A stretch of DNA of 51,401 nt from Candidatus Omnitrophota bacterium. Lineage in GTDB: Bacteria > Omnitrophota > Gorgyraeia > Aquiviventales > Aquiviventaceae. Shown here piece after piece: positions 1 to 12,182 of the stretch. Location of the stretch: contig JACQRB010000060.1 in the NCBI GenBank assembly GCA_016206685.1, positions 1 through 51,401 of the forward strand. Direction: 5' to 3'. The notes under the pieces are model-generated. The model made no database searches. It had not been told where the DNA came from and saw nothing but the letters and a program-made list of their open reading frames with translations. Numbering within the stretch: the stretch's first letter is position 1; every line of letters starts with the position of its first letter. The position numbers and the translations under genes were made by a program.

Positions 1-28
1 CGTGCTCTACCGACTGAGCTACTCCAGC
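1..28 (-). tRNA. tRNA gene, 5' portion only (continues beyond window start); isotype not determinable
   Basis: Reverse complement of 1-28 reads GCTGGAG-TA-GCTC-AGTCGGTA-GAGC-ACG: a 7-nt acceptor strand, U8/A9 and a canonical D stem-loop. The anticodon and T-arm lie outside the window. Confidence 0.6.
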
Positions 29-203
29 AGAGATCATGCGATGTGGTCACGGTGAAGACACGCCACTCGTCGTCACGTCCCGCGTTCACCGTCGAGAAAA
101 CGAAGACATACCCCCCATCTGTCCCGCAGGCATGCTCGCCTGCGGTCAGGGTTTGGCACCCGACACCACGTGCTGTGTCTTTGGAGGGGAAAAGTAAAGC
201 TCT

Positions 204-232
204 AGTTTATGCGCGAACACGGGTGTTGTCAA
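204..232 (-). promoter_or_regulatory. candidate sigma70-type promoter reading toward the tRNA
   Basis: Minus strand reads TTGACA (232-227), 17 nt, TAAACT (209-204). It abuts the rodA stop codon (237-239) and lies about 170 nt upstream of the tRNA 5' end. Confidence 0.35.
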
Positions 233-236
233 GTAG

Positions 237-1325
237 TTACAAGCGGGTGCCAAACCGGTGGATACTCTGCACCAGGCCCAGGGCCGTCCACGCCGCCACC
301 ATCGCCGAGCCGCCGTAACTGACGAGCGGCAACGGCACCCCGACGACGGGCAGCAAGCCCATCACCATGCCCATGTTGATCACCGCTTGATACCCGAGCC
401 ACGAGACGACTCCCGCCGCCAGGAGTCGTCCCTGCGGATCGGGCGTCAGCGACCCGATGCGGCTCGCCCGCCACACCAGCACCCCGAACAACACCACGAC
501 GAACACCGAACCCGCGAATCCCCACTCTTCTCCGATGACCGAATACAGGAAATCCGCATGGCGCTCCGGGAGGAAGTTCAGTTGATTCTGGGTCCCGGCG
601 AACCAGCCGCGACCCAGCAGCCGCCCGGAGCCGATCGCGATTTGCGATTGGATAATCGTGTAGCCGGCGCCGAGAGGATCCAGATGCGGATCGAGGAAGA
701 CCAGCAACCGCAGGCGCTGGTAGTCCTTCAAGCCATGCCACGCCAACGGGCACAAGGCTGTGCCGGCCGCGATCAGCATGAGGACATGGCGTCTGGACAT
801 GCCTGCCACGATCACCATCCCCAACCAGATCGCGACGAAAATCGAGCTCGAGCCTAAATCCGGCTGGAGAAAGACCAGCAGCGCCGGCACGCCCGCCAGC
901 GCCCCGGAGAGGAACAGCGTGCGCACCGACAGGGGCGTCGGCTGCGCCGCGAGGTAGCGCGCCACGACGCACGCGGTCGCGAGCTTCGCCAGCTCGGACG
1001 GCTGGAGGCTGAAGCCGAAGATCGTCAGCCAGCGGGCGGCCCCCAGCTTGACGGTCCCCGCCACGGCCACCACCGCCAACAGGGCCAGCGCGCCCGCATA
1101 GAGGAAGAGGCTCATGTCGAGCCAGCGCGTATACGGCCCTGACGCGGCCGCGAGACTGATGAGCACCCCGAGCCCGATCCACATCGCTTGTTTCATCGTC
1201 AGCGACGGGTTGAGGGTGGCGCAGGCGCTGGCTAAGGCGACGATGCTGATGAGGCACAGCACTCCCGCGGCAGCGATCAGCGCGCGATCCCAGCTCAGAG
1301 TCTGAATGCGGGTTGAGGACGTCAT
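237..1325 (-). CDS. rodA: SEDS-family peptidoglycan glycosyltransferase RodA
   Basis: 362-aa polytopic ORF with FtsW/RodA-type motifs (LPERHADFLYSVIGEEWGF; GVPLPLVSYGGSAMV). It is the last gene of an mreBCD-mrdA-rodA string. ATG at 1325. Confidence 0.9.
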   Translation of the reverse strand: MTSSTRIQTLSWDRALIAAAGVLCLISIVALASACATLNPSLTMKQAMWIGLGVLISLAAASGPYTRWLDMSLFLYAGALALLAVVAVAGTVKLGAARWLTIFGFSLQPSELAKLATACVVARYLAAQPTPLSVRTLFLSGALAGVPALLVFLQPDLGSSSIFVAIWLGMVIVAGMSRRHVLMLIAAGTALCPLAWHGLKDYQRLRLLVFLDPHLDPLGAGYTIIQSQIAIGSGRLLGRGWFAGTQNQLNFLPERHADFLYSVIGEEWGFAGSVFVVVLFGVLVWRASRIGSLTPDPQGRLLAAGVVSWLGYQAVINMGMVMGLLPVVGVPLPLVSYGGSAMVAAWTALGLVQSIHRFGTRL

Positions 1326-1430
1326 CCCCCCACCTGCTGGCTAGCCAGAGGCTGTCCCCGCCATCGGCGGGGACGTTTCGCCTTCAGCGGGTGTTGAGCA
1401 ATGGGATGGCGAAACCCAGCAGATGGGGGG
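1326..1430. repeat. 105-nt structured intergenic repeat, copy 1 (fills the whole mrdA-rodA spacer)
   Basis: Terminal inverted repeats CCCCCCACCTGCTGG and CCAGCAGATGGGGGG. Inner hairpin GTCCCCGCC-ATC-GGCGGGGAC. Second stem TTTCGCC/GGCGAAA. Same length and architecture as 3157-3261. Confidence 0.8.
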
Positions 1431-1431
1431 A

Positions 1432-3156
1432 TCATCCGTGAGGGGGACGGTCTGCGGGCGCAGCAGGCGCCGCGACCGCTTCGCAGATCACCTTCGCGGT
1501 CGCGGCCGGAAAATCTCCACCCGAGCCGCCGTGCTCAGCGAGCACCACCATCGCGATCGCCGGATTCTCCACCGGGCAGAACCCGATGAACCACGCATGG
1601 GGACGTCCCTGGATGTGGGTCTGGGCGGTGCCGGTCTTGCCGGCGATCCGCACCCGCTCGCTCTGCGCCCGCGCGCCGGTCCCTTCAGGATGATGGACCA
1701 CCGCCAGCATCCCCTCGCGCACGACGGCCAGGTGCGCCGGCGACCACCCCAGCGGCCGCGCATGCGCCTGCCCCACCCCCACCTCGCCAATGGCCTTGAC
1801 CACCCAAGGCTCGACCACCCACCCATGATTCGCGATCGCCGCCGCCATGACCGCCGCCTGCAACGGGGTAATGAGGATATCGCCCTGCCCCATGGCCAGC
1901 AACGCCACCTCCCCTTCGTTCAGGCGCACGCGAAGCGGCAGATAGCCGGCCTGTTCCTCCATGAGCCATCCGGTCCGGCGGCCGAACCCCATGCCGGCGA
2001 ATCCCGCCCGCAAGCGCTCCTGGCCGAGGCGACGCCCCACTTCCATAAAGTACACATTACAGGAAACCCGCAACGCCTCCCGCAGGGTCATCGGCCCATG
2101 ACCGTCCCGATTCCAGCAATGGAACTTGCGATTCCCAATGGTCAAAAATCCTGGACACTGAATCGTCGTGCCGGGCGTAATGACCCCCTGCTCCAGCGCC
2201 GTCATCGCGGTGAGGGGTTTGACGATGGAGCCGGGCAGGTAGGCCCCGTCGGTGGCGCGGTTCATCAGGGGCGCGCGGGGATCGCGCAGGACCTGCTGGA
2301 TGACGCCGCGTCGTTGGGTCGCGAACGCCTCCGGATCAAACGCCGGAAAGCTGACCATCGCCAGGATCTCCCCGGTGTCGGGCTTGAGCACGATGCAGGC
2401 GCCGGGCTGCTGATGCTGCTGGAACTGCCCCTCGATGAGCGCCTGCAACTTCGCATCAATGGTCAGGAGAACCGATTGGCCCGCCACGGGGTCGCGACGG
2501 CCCACCACCCGCACTTGTCGGGCCACGTGATTGACTTCGATCAACGAGCCGCCGGCGCGGCCGCGCAGATAGGCATCCAGCGTCTGTTCCAAGCCCGCGC
2601 GGCCCACGAGTTCCTGGGGGCTGACCCCGTAGGGTTTGAGGGCCGGCAGCGCGTCGGGATCCGGCGGGCCGACATAGCCCAGCAACGCCGCCGCCACCGA
2701 GCCGAGCGGGTAGGCTCGCGTGATCGCTTGCTCGACGACAATCCCCGGAAGATCCAGACGGGCTTCCTCAATGCGAAGCGCAACGGCTTTGGGGACGCTG
2801 GACACGAGGGTGGCCGGCAGAAACGGAAGGCTGCGATCCTCATCGAAGCGCCAATCCAGCTCACCGGGCGGGAGGCCGACCAGAGGCCCAAGGCGCTTCA
2901 TCGTGGCCCGGCGGTTCGCCACCTCCTGAGGGATCACTGCCACGCGAAACTGGCTGCGACTGGCCGCCAACTGGCGGCCCTGCCGATCCAGGATCACACC
3001 CCTCGCGGCCGCCTGCGGAACCAGCCGCAGGCGATTGTTGTCCGCCAACTGCCGATAGGCGGCTCCGCGCGCGAGCTGCATGAACGCCAGGCGCAACACC
3101 AGCAGCGCCAAGCCCACCACGATGCCACGCCGCAGGAGGGACAGCCGATCCGTCAT
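1432..3156 (-). CDS. mrdA: penicillin-binding protein 2 (elongasome transpeptidase)
   Basis: 574-aa ORF with an N-terminal TM anchor and the class B PBP motifs SxxK (GSIVKP), SxN (SCN) and KTG (KTGTA). Sits between mreD and rodA. Confidence 0.92.
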   Translation of the reverse strand: MTDRLSLLRRGIVVGLALLVLRLAFMQLARGAAYRQLADNNRLRLVPQAAARGVILDRQGRQLAASRSQFRVAVIPQEVANRRATMKRLGPLVGLPPGELDWRFDEDRSLPFLPATLVSSVPKAVALRIEEARLDLPGIVVEQAITRAYPLGSVAAALLGYVGPPDPDALPALKPYGVSPQELVGRAGLEQTLDAYLRGRAGGSLIEVNHVARQVRVVGRRDPVAGQSVLLTIDAKLQALIEGQFQQHQQPGACIVLKPDTGEILAMVSFPAFDPEAFATQRRGVIQQVLRDPRAPLMNRATDGAYLPGSIVKPLTAMTALEQGVITPGTTIQCPGFLTIGNRKFHCWNRDGHGPMTLREALRVSCNVYFMEVGRRLGQERLRAGFAGMGFGRRTGWLMEEQAGYLPLRVRLNEGEVALLAMGQGDILITPLQAAVMAAAIANHGWVVEPWVVKAIGEVGVGQAHARPLGWSPAHLAVVREGMLAVVHHPEGTGARAQSERVRIAGKTGTAQTHIQGRPHAWFIGFCPVENPAIAMVVLAEHGGSGGDFPAATAKVICEAVAAPAAPADRPPHG

Positions 3157-3261
3157 CCCCTCACCTGCTGGTTGGCCGAAGGCCGTCCCCGCCGACGGCG
3201 GGGACGCTTCGCCTTCGGTCGCTTCTCAGACTGGTGACGGCGAAGTCCAGCAGGTGGGGGG
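3157..3261. repeat. 105-nt structured intergenic repeat, copy 2 (fills the whole mreD-mrdA spacer)
   Basis: Terminal inverted repeats CCCCTCACCTGCTGG and CCAGCAGGTGGGGGG. Inner hairpin GTCCCCGCC-GAC-GGCGGGGAC. Second stem CTTCGCC/GGCGAAG, a compensatory change relative to copy 1. Flanks are identical to copy 1 (GTCAT on the left, ATCAT on the right). Confidence 0.8.
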
Positions 3262-3262
3262 A

Positions 3263-3715
3263 TCATGACGGCCGCGGGACGACGAAGCGATGCACGAAGG
3301 CGCGCATGAGCGGCAGACACAACAGCGTGAGCCCCACCCGCAGCCCACCCATCACAATGAGCCCCACCGTCACCGGCCCGGTCGAAGCCAACAGGATGAG
3401 GAGCCCTCCCTGGGCGATGCCGATGACCAGGCGCTCCCGCGAGGGATCCGTCACCTCCCATTGATGCGCCATCCACTTCACCGCCGCCCCTGCGGCGAGA
3501 TACGCCATGCCCATCCAGAGGGGATGCTGCACGGCAAGGGCCATGGCCGCCACGCCGGCCAACCACGCCGGGGTGAGCGGATGTCCGGGAAGCCGGAGGA
3601 TGAGCACCGCCATGCTCAGCAGCGTCAGATCAGGGACGAGCCAGGGCGAGGAGACCCACCGCCCGATGGCCATCTGCGCCAACACTGCACCACACATCGT
3701 TGCGACCGTTTTCAT
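3263..3715 (-). CDS. mreD: rod shape-determining protein MreD
   Basis: 150-aa hydrophobic multi-TM ORF between mreC and mrdA. The call rests mainly on size, hydrophobicity and position. Confidence 0.75.
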   Translation of the reverse strand: MKTVATMCGAVLAQMAIGRWVSSPWLVPDLTLLSMAVLILRLPGHPLTPAWLAGVAAMALAVQHPLWMGMAYLAAGAAVKWMAHQWEVTDPSRERLVIGIAQGGLLILLASTGPVTVGLIVMGGLRVGLTLLCLPLMRAFVHRFVVPRPS

Positions 3716-3732
3716 TTCAATTCAATCGCTCC

Positions 3733-3852
3733 CCTGGCGGGAGGCGAGCCATTCGCGTAGCCGCGAATTCCGAATTTTTCGAGCCCTGGAACAAGTGGGC
3801 GGCGCAGAAAAATTCGCTGAGCGGCGGCGAATGGCGAGACGAACCCGCCAGG
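3733..3852. promoter_or_regulatory. about 120-nt imperfect rod-like hairpin in the mreC-mreD spacer
   Basis: Nested inverted repeats: CCTGGCGGG...CCCGCCAGG; CCATTCGC...GCGAATGG; GAATTTTTC (3772-3780) with GAAAAATTC (3807-3815). Sequence is unrelated to the 105-nt repeats. Confidence 0.55.
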
Positions 3853-3868
3853 CCGACCCCCGGGATGT

Positions 3869-4636
3869 CTAGTCTGAGGATTTCGAGGGAGGCAGGCAGA
3901 GGACTTCCTCCAGTTGGTTCACGCGCACGGCCGGGCGGACCCAGGCGATCACGCGGGCGTTGCGCTCATCGCGCTGGACCTTGGTCACCACGCCCAAGAG
4001 CAGCCCTTTGGGAAACGACCCGCCCAGCCCGGCGGTCACCACGCGATCGCCCGCCTCCACGTCCGCATCGAGGTCGAGGTATTCCAGCCGGCCCTGGAGG
4101 CCGCCCGTTCCCACCAGCAAGGCGCCTTCGCGCGAACGCTCCACCAGACACGCAATGCGACTGTTGGGATCGGTCAGCAGCGAGCCCAGGCTCGTCGTTG
4201 GATGGACTTCCACGATGCGGCCCGCCACCCCCGCGACATCCACCAGCACGCCCTCGCGTGCCACGCCCTCGCGGGAGCCGCGATCCAGCACGATGACATG
4301 TTCCGTCGGGAGGATCGTTCGACCGATGACGCGGGCCACCGGCCCGCGCGTTCCCTCAACCGCCTGCTGCAGGCGCGCGGCACGAGTCTGATGCCGCAGG
4401 GCTTCCTGTAACTGGACGACGTCCAGTTGGCGTTGGGTGAGCGCGGCGCGGAGCCGGGCGAGTTCGATCTCCAGATGCGGCACCTGCGGGAGGTCGCGCA
4501 GGACGCCCAAGGCACGCTCCGCTGTCGTCAACGGCAGGCGAAAGACGGCCAGGCAAGCTCGACGCAGCGGCTGATGCAGCCACACCCCTGCCCCGAGGAA
4601 GAGGATGAGCGCAAGCGAAACGTCAAACCGGCGCAC
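3869..4636 (-). CDS. mreC: rod shape-determining protein MreC
   Basis: 255-aa ORF with an N-terminal TM anchor, a coiled-coil stretch and then the MreC beta-barrel pattern (VIVLDRGSREGVAREGVLVDVAGVAGRIVEV). Immediately downstream of mreB. Confidence 0.85.
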   Translation of the reverse strand: MRRFDVSLALILFLGAGVWLHQPLRRACLAVFRLPLTTAERALGVLRDLPQVPHLEIELARLRAALTQRQLDVVQLQEALRHQTRAARLQQAVEGTRGPVARVIGRTILPTEHVIVLDRGSREGVAREGVLVDVAGVAGRIVEVHPTTSLGSLLTDPNSRIACLVERSREGALLVGTGGLQGRLEYLDLDADVEAGDRVVTAGLGGSFPKGLLLGVVTKVQRDERNARVIAWVRPAVRVNQLEEVLCLPPSKSSD

Positions 4637-4684
4637 GCCGCGTGTCTGTTGGGCCTGTGAGGTCGCCAGGCCCGCTGAGAGGGT

Positions 4685-5770
4685 TTAGACGTCGGGCTGC
4701 TTCGTGGGAATCGCAATCCGCGTGCGCAGGTAGCGGATATTGTCGAGGCTGCGACCGACTCCCATGGCCACTGCGGTCACCGGATTCTCGGAGATGTGAA
4801 CCGGCAAGCCCGTCTCTTCAGCCAGGAGTTTGTCCAAGCCTCGCAAGAGCGAGCTGCCGCCCGCCAAGACAATCCCGTGATCGATCAGATCCGCTGAGAG
4901 CTCCGGCGGTGTTTTCTCCAGCGTCCCCCGCACGGCTTCGACAATGGTCCGGATGGGTTCCGCCAGCGCCTCGCGCACTTCTTCGGAAGTGGTCGTCACC
5001 GTCTTGGGCAGCCCCGTCACCAGGTCGCGCCCGCGGACGTCCATGGTCATCTCCTCATCCAGCGGATAGGCGGAGCCGATCCGGATTTTGATTTCCTCAG
5101 CGGTGCGCTCCCCGATCATGAGGTTGTAGGCTTTGCGCAGGTGCTCGATGAGGGCCTGATCCATCTCATCGCCCGCGATGCGGATGGACTTGGACACCAC
5201 CACCCCATCCAGCGAGATGACGGCCATTTCGGTCGTGCCGCCGCCGATATCCACAATCATGTTCCCGCCCGGCTCGTGGATCGGCAGCCCCACCCCAATG
5301 GCGGCCGCCTTGGGCTCTTCGACCAGATACACCTCGCGGGCGCCGGCGCGCAGCGCTGAATCGCGCACCGCGCGCTTCTCGACTTCGGTGATGCCGGAGG
5401 GAATGGCCACGACGACGCGCGGATGATTGAGCTTGCGCGGCTGGACTTTCTTGATGAAGTAGCGCAGCATGGCCTCGGTGACGTCGAAGTCGGCGATGAC
5501 CCCGTCCTTCATCGGGCGGATGGCGGCGATATTGACCGGCGTGCGGCCGATCATCCGCTTGGCGTCATCCCCGACGGCCAGCACCCGGGAGGACCCGCGC
5601 TGGATCGCCACCACCGAAGGCTCGCACAAGACGATCCCCTTGCCCTTCACGTACACCAGGGTCGTGGCGGTGCCCAGGTCAATGCCCAGGTCGTTGGAGA
5701 AGAGCCCGAAGAACCTATGGCTGGCGCGACGGAGGGCCGATGCGAGCTGCTGCAGGAGTTGCTTCACCAT
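4685..5770 (-). CDS. mreB: actin-like rod shape-determining protein MreB
   Basis: 361-aa ORF with the hallmarks [26 protein letters not shown] and [18 protein letters not shown]. Confidence 0.95.
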   Translation of the reverse strand: MVKQLLQQLASALRRASHRFFGLFSNDLGIDLGTATTLVYVKGKGIVLCEPSVVAIQRGSSRVLAVGDDAKRMIGRTPVNIAAIRPMKDGVIADFDVTEAMLRYFIKKVQPRKLNHPRVVVAIPSGITEVEKRAVRDSALRAGAREVYLVEEPKAAAIGVGLPIHEPGGNMIVDIGGGTTEMAVISLDGVVVSKSIRIAGDEMDQALIEHLRKAYNLMIGERTAEEIKIRIGSAYPLDEEMTMDVRGRDLVTGLPKTVTTTSEEVREALAEPIRTIVEAVRGTLEKTPPELSADLIDHGIVLAGGSSLLRGLDKLLAEETGLPVHISENPVTAVAMGVGRSLDNIRYLRTRIAIPTKQPDV

Positions 5771-5816
5771 GCACCCAGGGAGGTTGGTGCCATCCTAACA
5801 ATCAGACGGAGCCTTG

Positions 5817-7142
5817 TCAACCCACTTTCACGATTGAGGAACCGACGACGGACGCCAACAACTCGAAGAAATTTCCCAGCGACTTCGCCACGCACTCCAC
5901 CCCCCGCACGCGCGTCTGCCCCTCTGCCAGCAGGCCCGCCACCGCCAGGCTCATCGCGGTGCGGTGGTCTCCAAAGCTCTCCACCGTCGCATGATGCAAG
6001 GGACGTCCGCCCTGCACGACCAGTGACCCGTCCGGCGAGGCAACCAGGCCTGCACCCATCGCCTTCAAACCCGTGACCATGGAATGCAAACGATCGGTTT
6101 CTTTGACCCGCAACTCTCCAACACCCTCGAAGCGCGTCTGCCCCTCTGCGACACAGGCAGCGACGACAAGGATGGGCACCTCATCGATCAGCAATGGGAC
6201 CTCCTTGGCCGTGACTGTCGTCCCGTGAAGCTGTGCGCTTTCAACCGTGAGCGTCCCTCGCGGCTCCCAAGCCTGGTCGTGGGCTTCCACGTCAATCGCG
6301 GCTCCCATGCGTCGCAGGACCTCAACGAACGCGGTTCGGGTCGGATTGAGGCCGACGTCGCGAATGACCAGCCGGGAACCCGGCAGGCTGGCCGCGGCGA
6401 CGATGAAGAAGGCCGCGCTGGACGGATCGCCCGGCACGGCCAGTTGCGGCACCGCCGCCAGCGCGCGGCGGGGAGGATGCACCGTCAGCCGCGAGCCCTC
6501 ACGCACGAGCTGCACCCCAAGCGCCTGCAGGAGCCGCTCGGTGTGGTCGCGTGTGGGCGCGGGCTCGCTGACCGTCGTGGGTCCATCCGCGTAGAGCCCG
6601 GCCAAGAGCACGGCGGACTTGACCTGGGCGCTGGCGACGGGCGGCGCATAGCTGATGCCATGAAGCGGACGACGTCCCTGGACGGTCAGTGGGGGGTAGA
6701 CCTCGGATGAGGAGGCGCGCGAGGCCCCCTCGATGGTCGCTCCCATTTGCGACAAGGGCTCCACGACGCGACGCATGGGACGTTGGCACAAGGATGCCGC
6801 AGCCGTGAGACGGCCGGTGAACGGCTGGCCGGCCAAGAGCCCGCAACTCAGGCGGATCGTCGTGCCGGATTCCCCGCAGTCAAGCGGCTCGGTTGGCGCG
6901 CGCAACCCATGCAAGCCTACTCCCGCGACTTCCAGCCCCTCGCGCGTCTCGACCATGGGAACCCCCAGCTCTCGCAACACCTCGACGGTGCGACGGCAAT
7001 CCTCGGCGGTGGACCAGGGGATGATCCGTGTCGTCCCGTCGCTGATCGCCGACAGAAGCGCGGCGCGGTGGCAGATGGCCTTATCGGCCGGGAGCCGGAG
7101 GCTGCCTTGAAGGGTGGTGGCACGAGTCAGCGTCGCGTCCAT
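5817..7142 (-). CDS. aroA: 3-phosphoshikimate 1-carboxyvinyltransferase (EPSP synthase)
   Basis: EPSPS pattern LRLPADKAICHRAALLSA near the N-terminus and typical length. I prefer the ATG at 7142 (MDATL...) over the TTG at 7160 used by the ORF track. Confidence 0.9.
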   Translation of the reverse strand: MDATLTRATTLQGSLRLPADKAICHRAALLSAISDGTTRIIPWSTAEDCRRTVEVLRELGVPMVETREGLEVAGVGLHGLRAPTEPLDCGESGTTIRLSCGLLAGQPFTGRLTAAASLCQRPMRRVVEPLSQMGATIEGASRASSSEVYPPLTVQGRRPLHGISYAPPVASAQVKSAVLLAGLYADGPTTVSEPAPTRDHTERLLQALGVQLVREGSRLTVHPPRRALAAVPQLAVPGDPSSAAFFIVAAASLPGSRLVIRDVGLNPTRTAFVEVLRRMGAAIDVEAHDQAWEPRGTLTVESAQLHGTTVTAKEVPLLIDEVPILVVAACVAEGQTRFEGVGELRVKETDRLHSMVTGLKAMGAGLVASPDGSLVVQGGRPLHHATVESFGDHRTAMSLAVAGLLAEGQTRVRGVECVAKSLGNFFELLASVVGSSIVKVG

Positions 7143-7156
7143 GAGATCTCTGATGC

Positions 7157-7184
7157 ACAAAAAATCCCCCGCGGGTGGGGGATT
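7157..7184 (-). terminator. intrinsic terminator-like hairpin plus T-tract
   Basis: Minus strand reads AATCCCCC-ACCCGC-GGGGGATT followed by TTTTGTG. It lies downstream of the coiled-coil gene (stop at 7221) and only about 15 nt before the aroA ATG. Confidence 0.55.
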
Positions 7185-7220
7185 GGGCAGGTCACCAACG
7201 CGCAGCCCGGTTCCGTCGCG

Positions 7221-10170
<2,950 letters not shown>

Positions 10171-11154
10171 GCTCCCGCAACCACACGCCCCGCTTCAGGT
10201 AGCCCAGGGCGGGGCCGATGACGTTCGCCGCCATGGTGGTCTCATCGCCCAGGAGAAAGCGGTGGGTGGCGCGCTTGCCCTCGAAGGTGATCCCGGTCAA
10301 CGTCATCGTCGTCGACACCGGCTTCTTCGCATGGCGCGTGTCCATCACGCCGCCGACCTCGACCTGCTCAGGGGATTGCACGACCCCGACGCGCTGGAGC
10401 AGCACGTCATCGGCGTGCTCCATGTGATGCAGCTCGAGTAACCCGCCGGTCTTCTCCAGAAACGCCTCCACCTCGGCCTCGCTCATCGCCTTGGCGCGCT
10501 CAACCGAATAGCCGGGGACATGGGCGATATCCTCCCGGATGGTCGCCTTGTAGGCCTCCCAGTTGGCGACGCCCACGCCCCACCAGATATCCACGCGCTC
10601 GACCTCAATGAACGATTGCGCGGCCAGCACCGCGGCCGCCGTCAGCAGCCCGGGCGTCGCCCCGCAGCCGGTGAGCACGACGCTGCGCGAGGCCTTGGCC
10701 GCGTCCTCCAGCGCAAACATCTGCTCCACCGCGGCCGTGCGCTTGAGCACATCCACGAACACCGCCCCGTCTGTGGCCTGCACGAACCGCCGGGCCACGC
10801 CGGGGATGAACTCATTGGGCATATTGGGAAGCGTCACCAGCCACGCGTCCACGTCCCCGCCGTGCTCGAGCAGCTCTCCGAGCGGATCCTCGCTGTGGCG
10901 CGCGAGCAGGGCGGTGGCGGTCGCCACGCCGCCGTCGGCATGAGGCCCGGCCGTCTCATGCGCCCGACGCGGATAGCTCAAGACCACATCCCCGCTCCCG
11001 CAAGCCAACGCCTCGCAATCCAACCCGCCGGGATCAACCAGGAGGCCCTTGCTGTCGCAGATCGCCGTCAGCCGAAGCTCGCGCTTCATCCCGATGATGC
11101 GGCACGCCGCCCGGCCCAATCCTCCCGCCCCCAACACCGCCACCTTCATCCTCA

Positions 11155-12180
11155 TCAATGGGGATCCAGCCACGTCTGCCGGCAGGACTGGCGCTCGACC
11201 AGCGCGGTCGGGAGCAGGAGTTTTGTGGGCGTTTTCTTCTTGCCGCGGATCTGTTGAAGAAGGATCTCCATCCCCAGACGCCCCATTTCATCCAAGGGTT
11301 GCCGCACGGTCGTCAAGGCAATGCGCGCCTGTGCCGCGACCGGATTGTCGTCAAATCCCACGACGGAAAGCTCCTCAGGCACGCGCACCCGCTTGGCGAG
11401 GGCCACGTTAATGGCCTCCAAGGCCATGTCATCGCTGGCGACGAACACCGCCGTGGGACGGTGGGCCAGCTTGAGCAGGGCCTCCATGGCTTGGCGCGCA
11501 CTGGGCAGCCCGAAATCGGCGTGGCGGATATACTCATCCTTCACCGACAGTTGGCGCGCCTTCATGGCTTTGATGAAGCCGTCCAAGCGATCCAAGCCCG
11601 CTTGCGTCTTGAGATCGCCGGTGATCGTCGCGATCTCGCGATGCCCGAGCTTGGCCAGATAGTCCACGACGCGCTCGGCCCCGGTCCGGTTATCGATCCC
11701 GACGCAGTTCACCGGCAGATCCTCCAGGTAATGATTGAGGACGACCGCCGGCATGCCGTCGTCCAAGGCGCGATCCACGAGCTCCTCGCAGCCGTAGACA
11801 TCCAGGAAGATGAGCCCATCAACGGCCGGGGCGGTCGGCGCGGTCTTGCCATCCGTGATGTGCAGCAGCAGGTCAAACCGCAGCCGCTCGGCTGCCATCC
11901 CGATCCCCTTGATCGCCTGCAGCGCGAAATAGGAATGGAAGATTCCCTCGTAGCGCGGAATGATCAGTCCGATGGTGTTGGACTTCCCGGCCGCCAGCCG
12001 CTGGGCGCTGGGGTTCGGGCGGTACTTGAGCGTGCGCATGGCTTCCAAGACTCGCCTCCGGTTTTCCTCATCGACGGTCGGCACTCGATTCAGGACGCGC
12101 GAGACGGTGGTGGTGGACACCCGGGCCGTGCGCGCCACATCGGCAATGCTGACGGGACGTCGTTTCATGGTGAGCGCCAT
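11155..12180 (-). CDS. LacI-family transcriptional regulator
   Basis: N-terminal HTH MKRRPVSIADVARTARVSTTTVSRVLN followed by a periplasmic-binding-protein-like sugar-sensor domain. Start is ambiguous among 12180, 12168 and the TTG at 12189. Confidence 0.85.
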   Translation of the reverse strand: MALTMKRRPVSIADVARTARVSTTTVSRVLNRVPTVDEENRRRVLEAMRTLKYRPNPSAQRLAAGKSNTIGLIIPRYEGIFHSYFALQAIKGIGMAAERLRFDLLLHITDGKTAPTAPAVDGLIFLDVYGCEELVDRALDDGMPAVVLNHYLEDLPVNCVGIDNRTGAERVVDYLAKLGHREIATITGDLKTQAGLDRLDGFIKAMKARQLSVKDEYIRHADFGLPSARQAMEALLKLAHRPTAVFVASDDMALEAINVALAKRVRVPEELSVVGFDDNPVAAQARIALTTVRQPLDEMGRLGMEILLQQIRGKKKTPTKLLLPTALVERQSCRQTWLDPH

Positions 12181-12182
12181 CG

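Noticed and set aside
123-146. Hairpin CCGCAGG-CATGCTCG-CCTGCGG downstream of rodA as the mre operon terminator.
   Set aside because: No T-tract follows it on the minus strand (or on the plus strand), so it is not a canonical intrinsic terminator.
1423-3237. 604-aa plus-strand ORF opposite mrdA. Similar long ORFs lie opposite real genes at 7614-8327, 12192-13115, 20605-22467, 23364-24614, 26395-27450, 38173-39555, 39829-41859 and 44142-45446.
   Set aside because: All are Arg/Pro/Gly/His-rich low-complexity translations lying antisense to ORFs with clear family motifs. They are typical shadow ORFs of G+C-rich DNA, where the codon-complement frame rarely contains stops.
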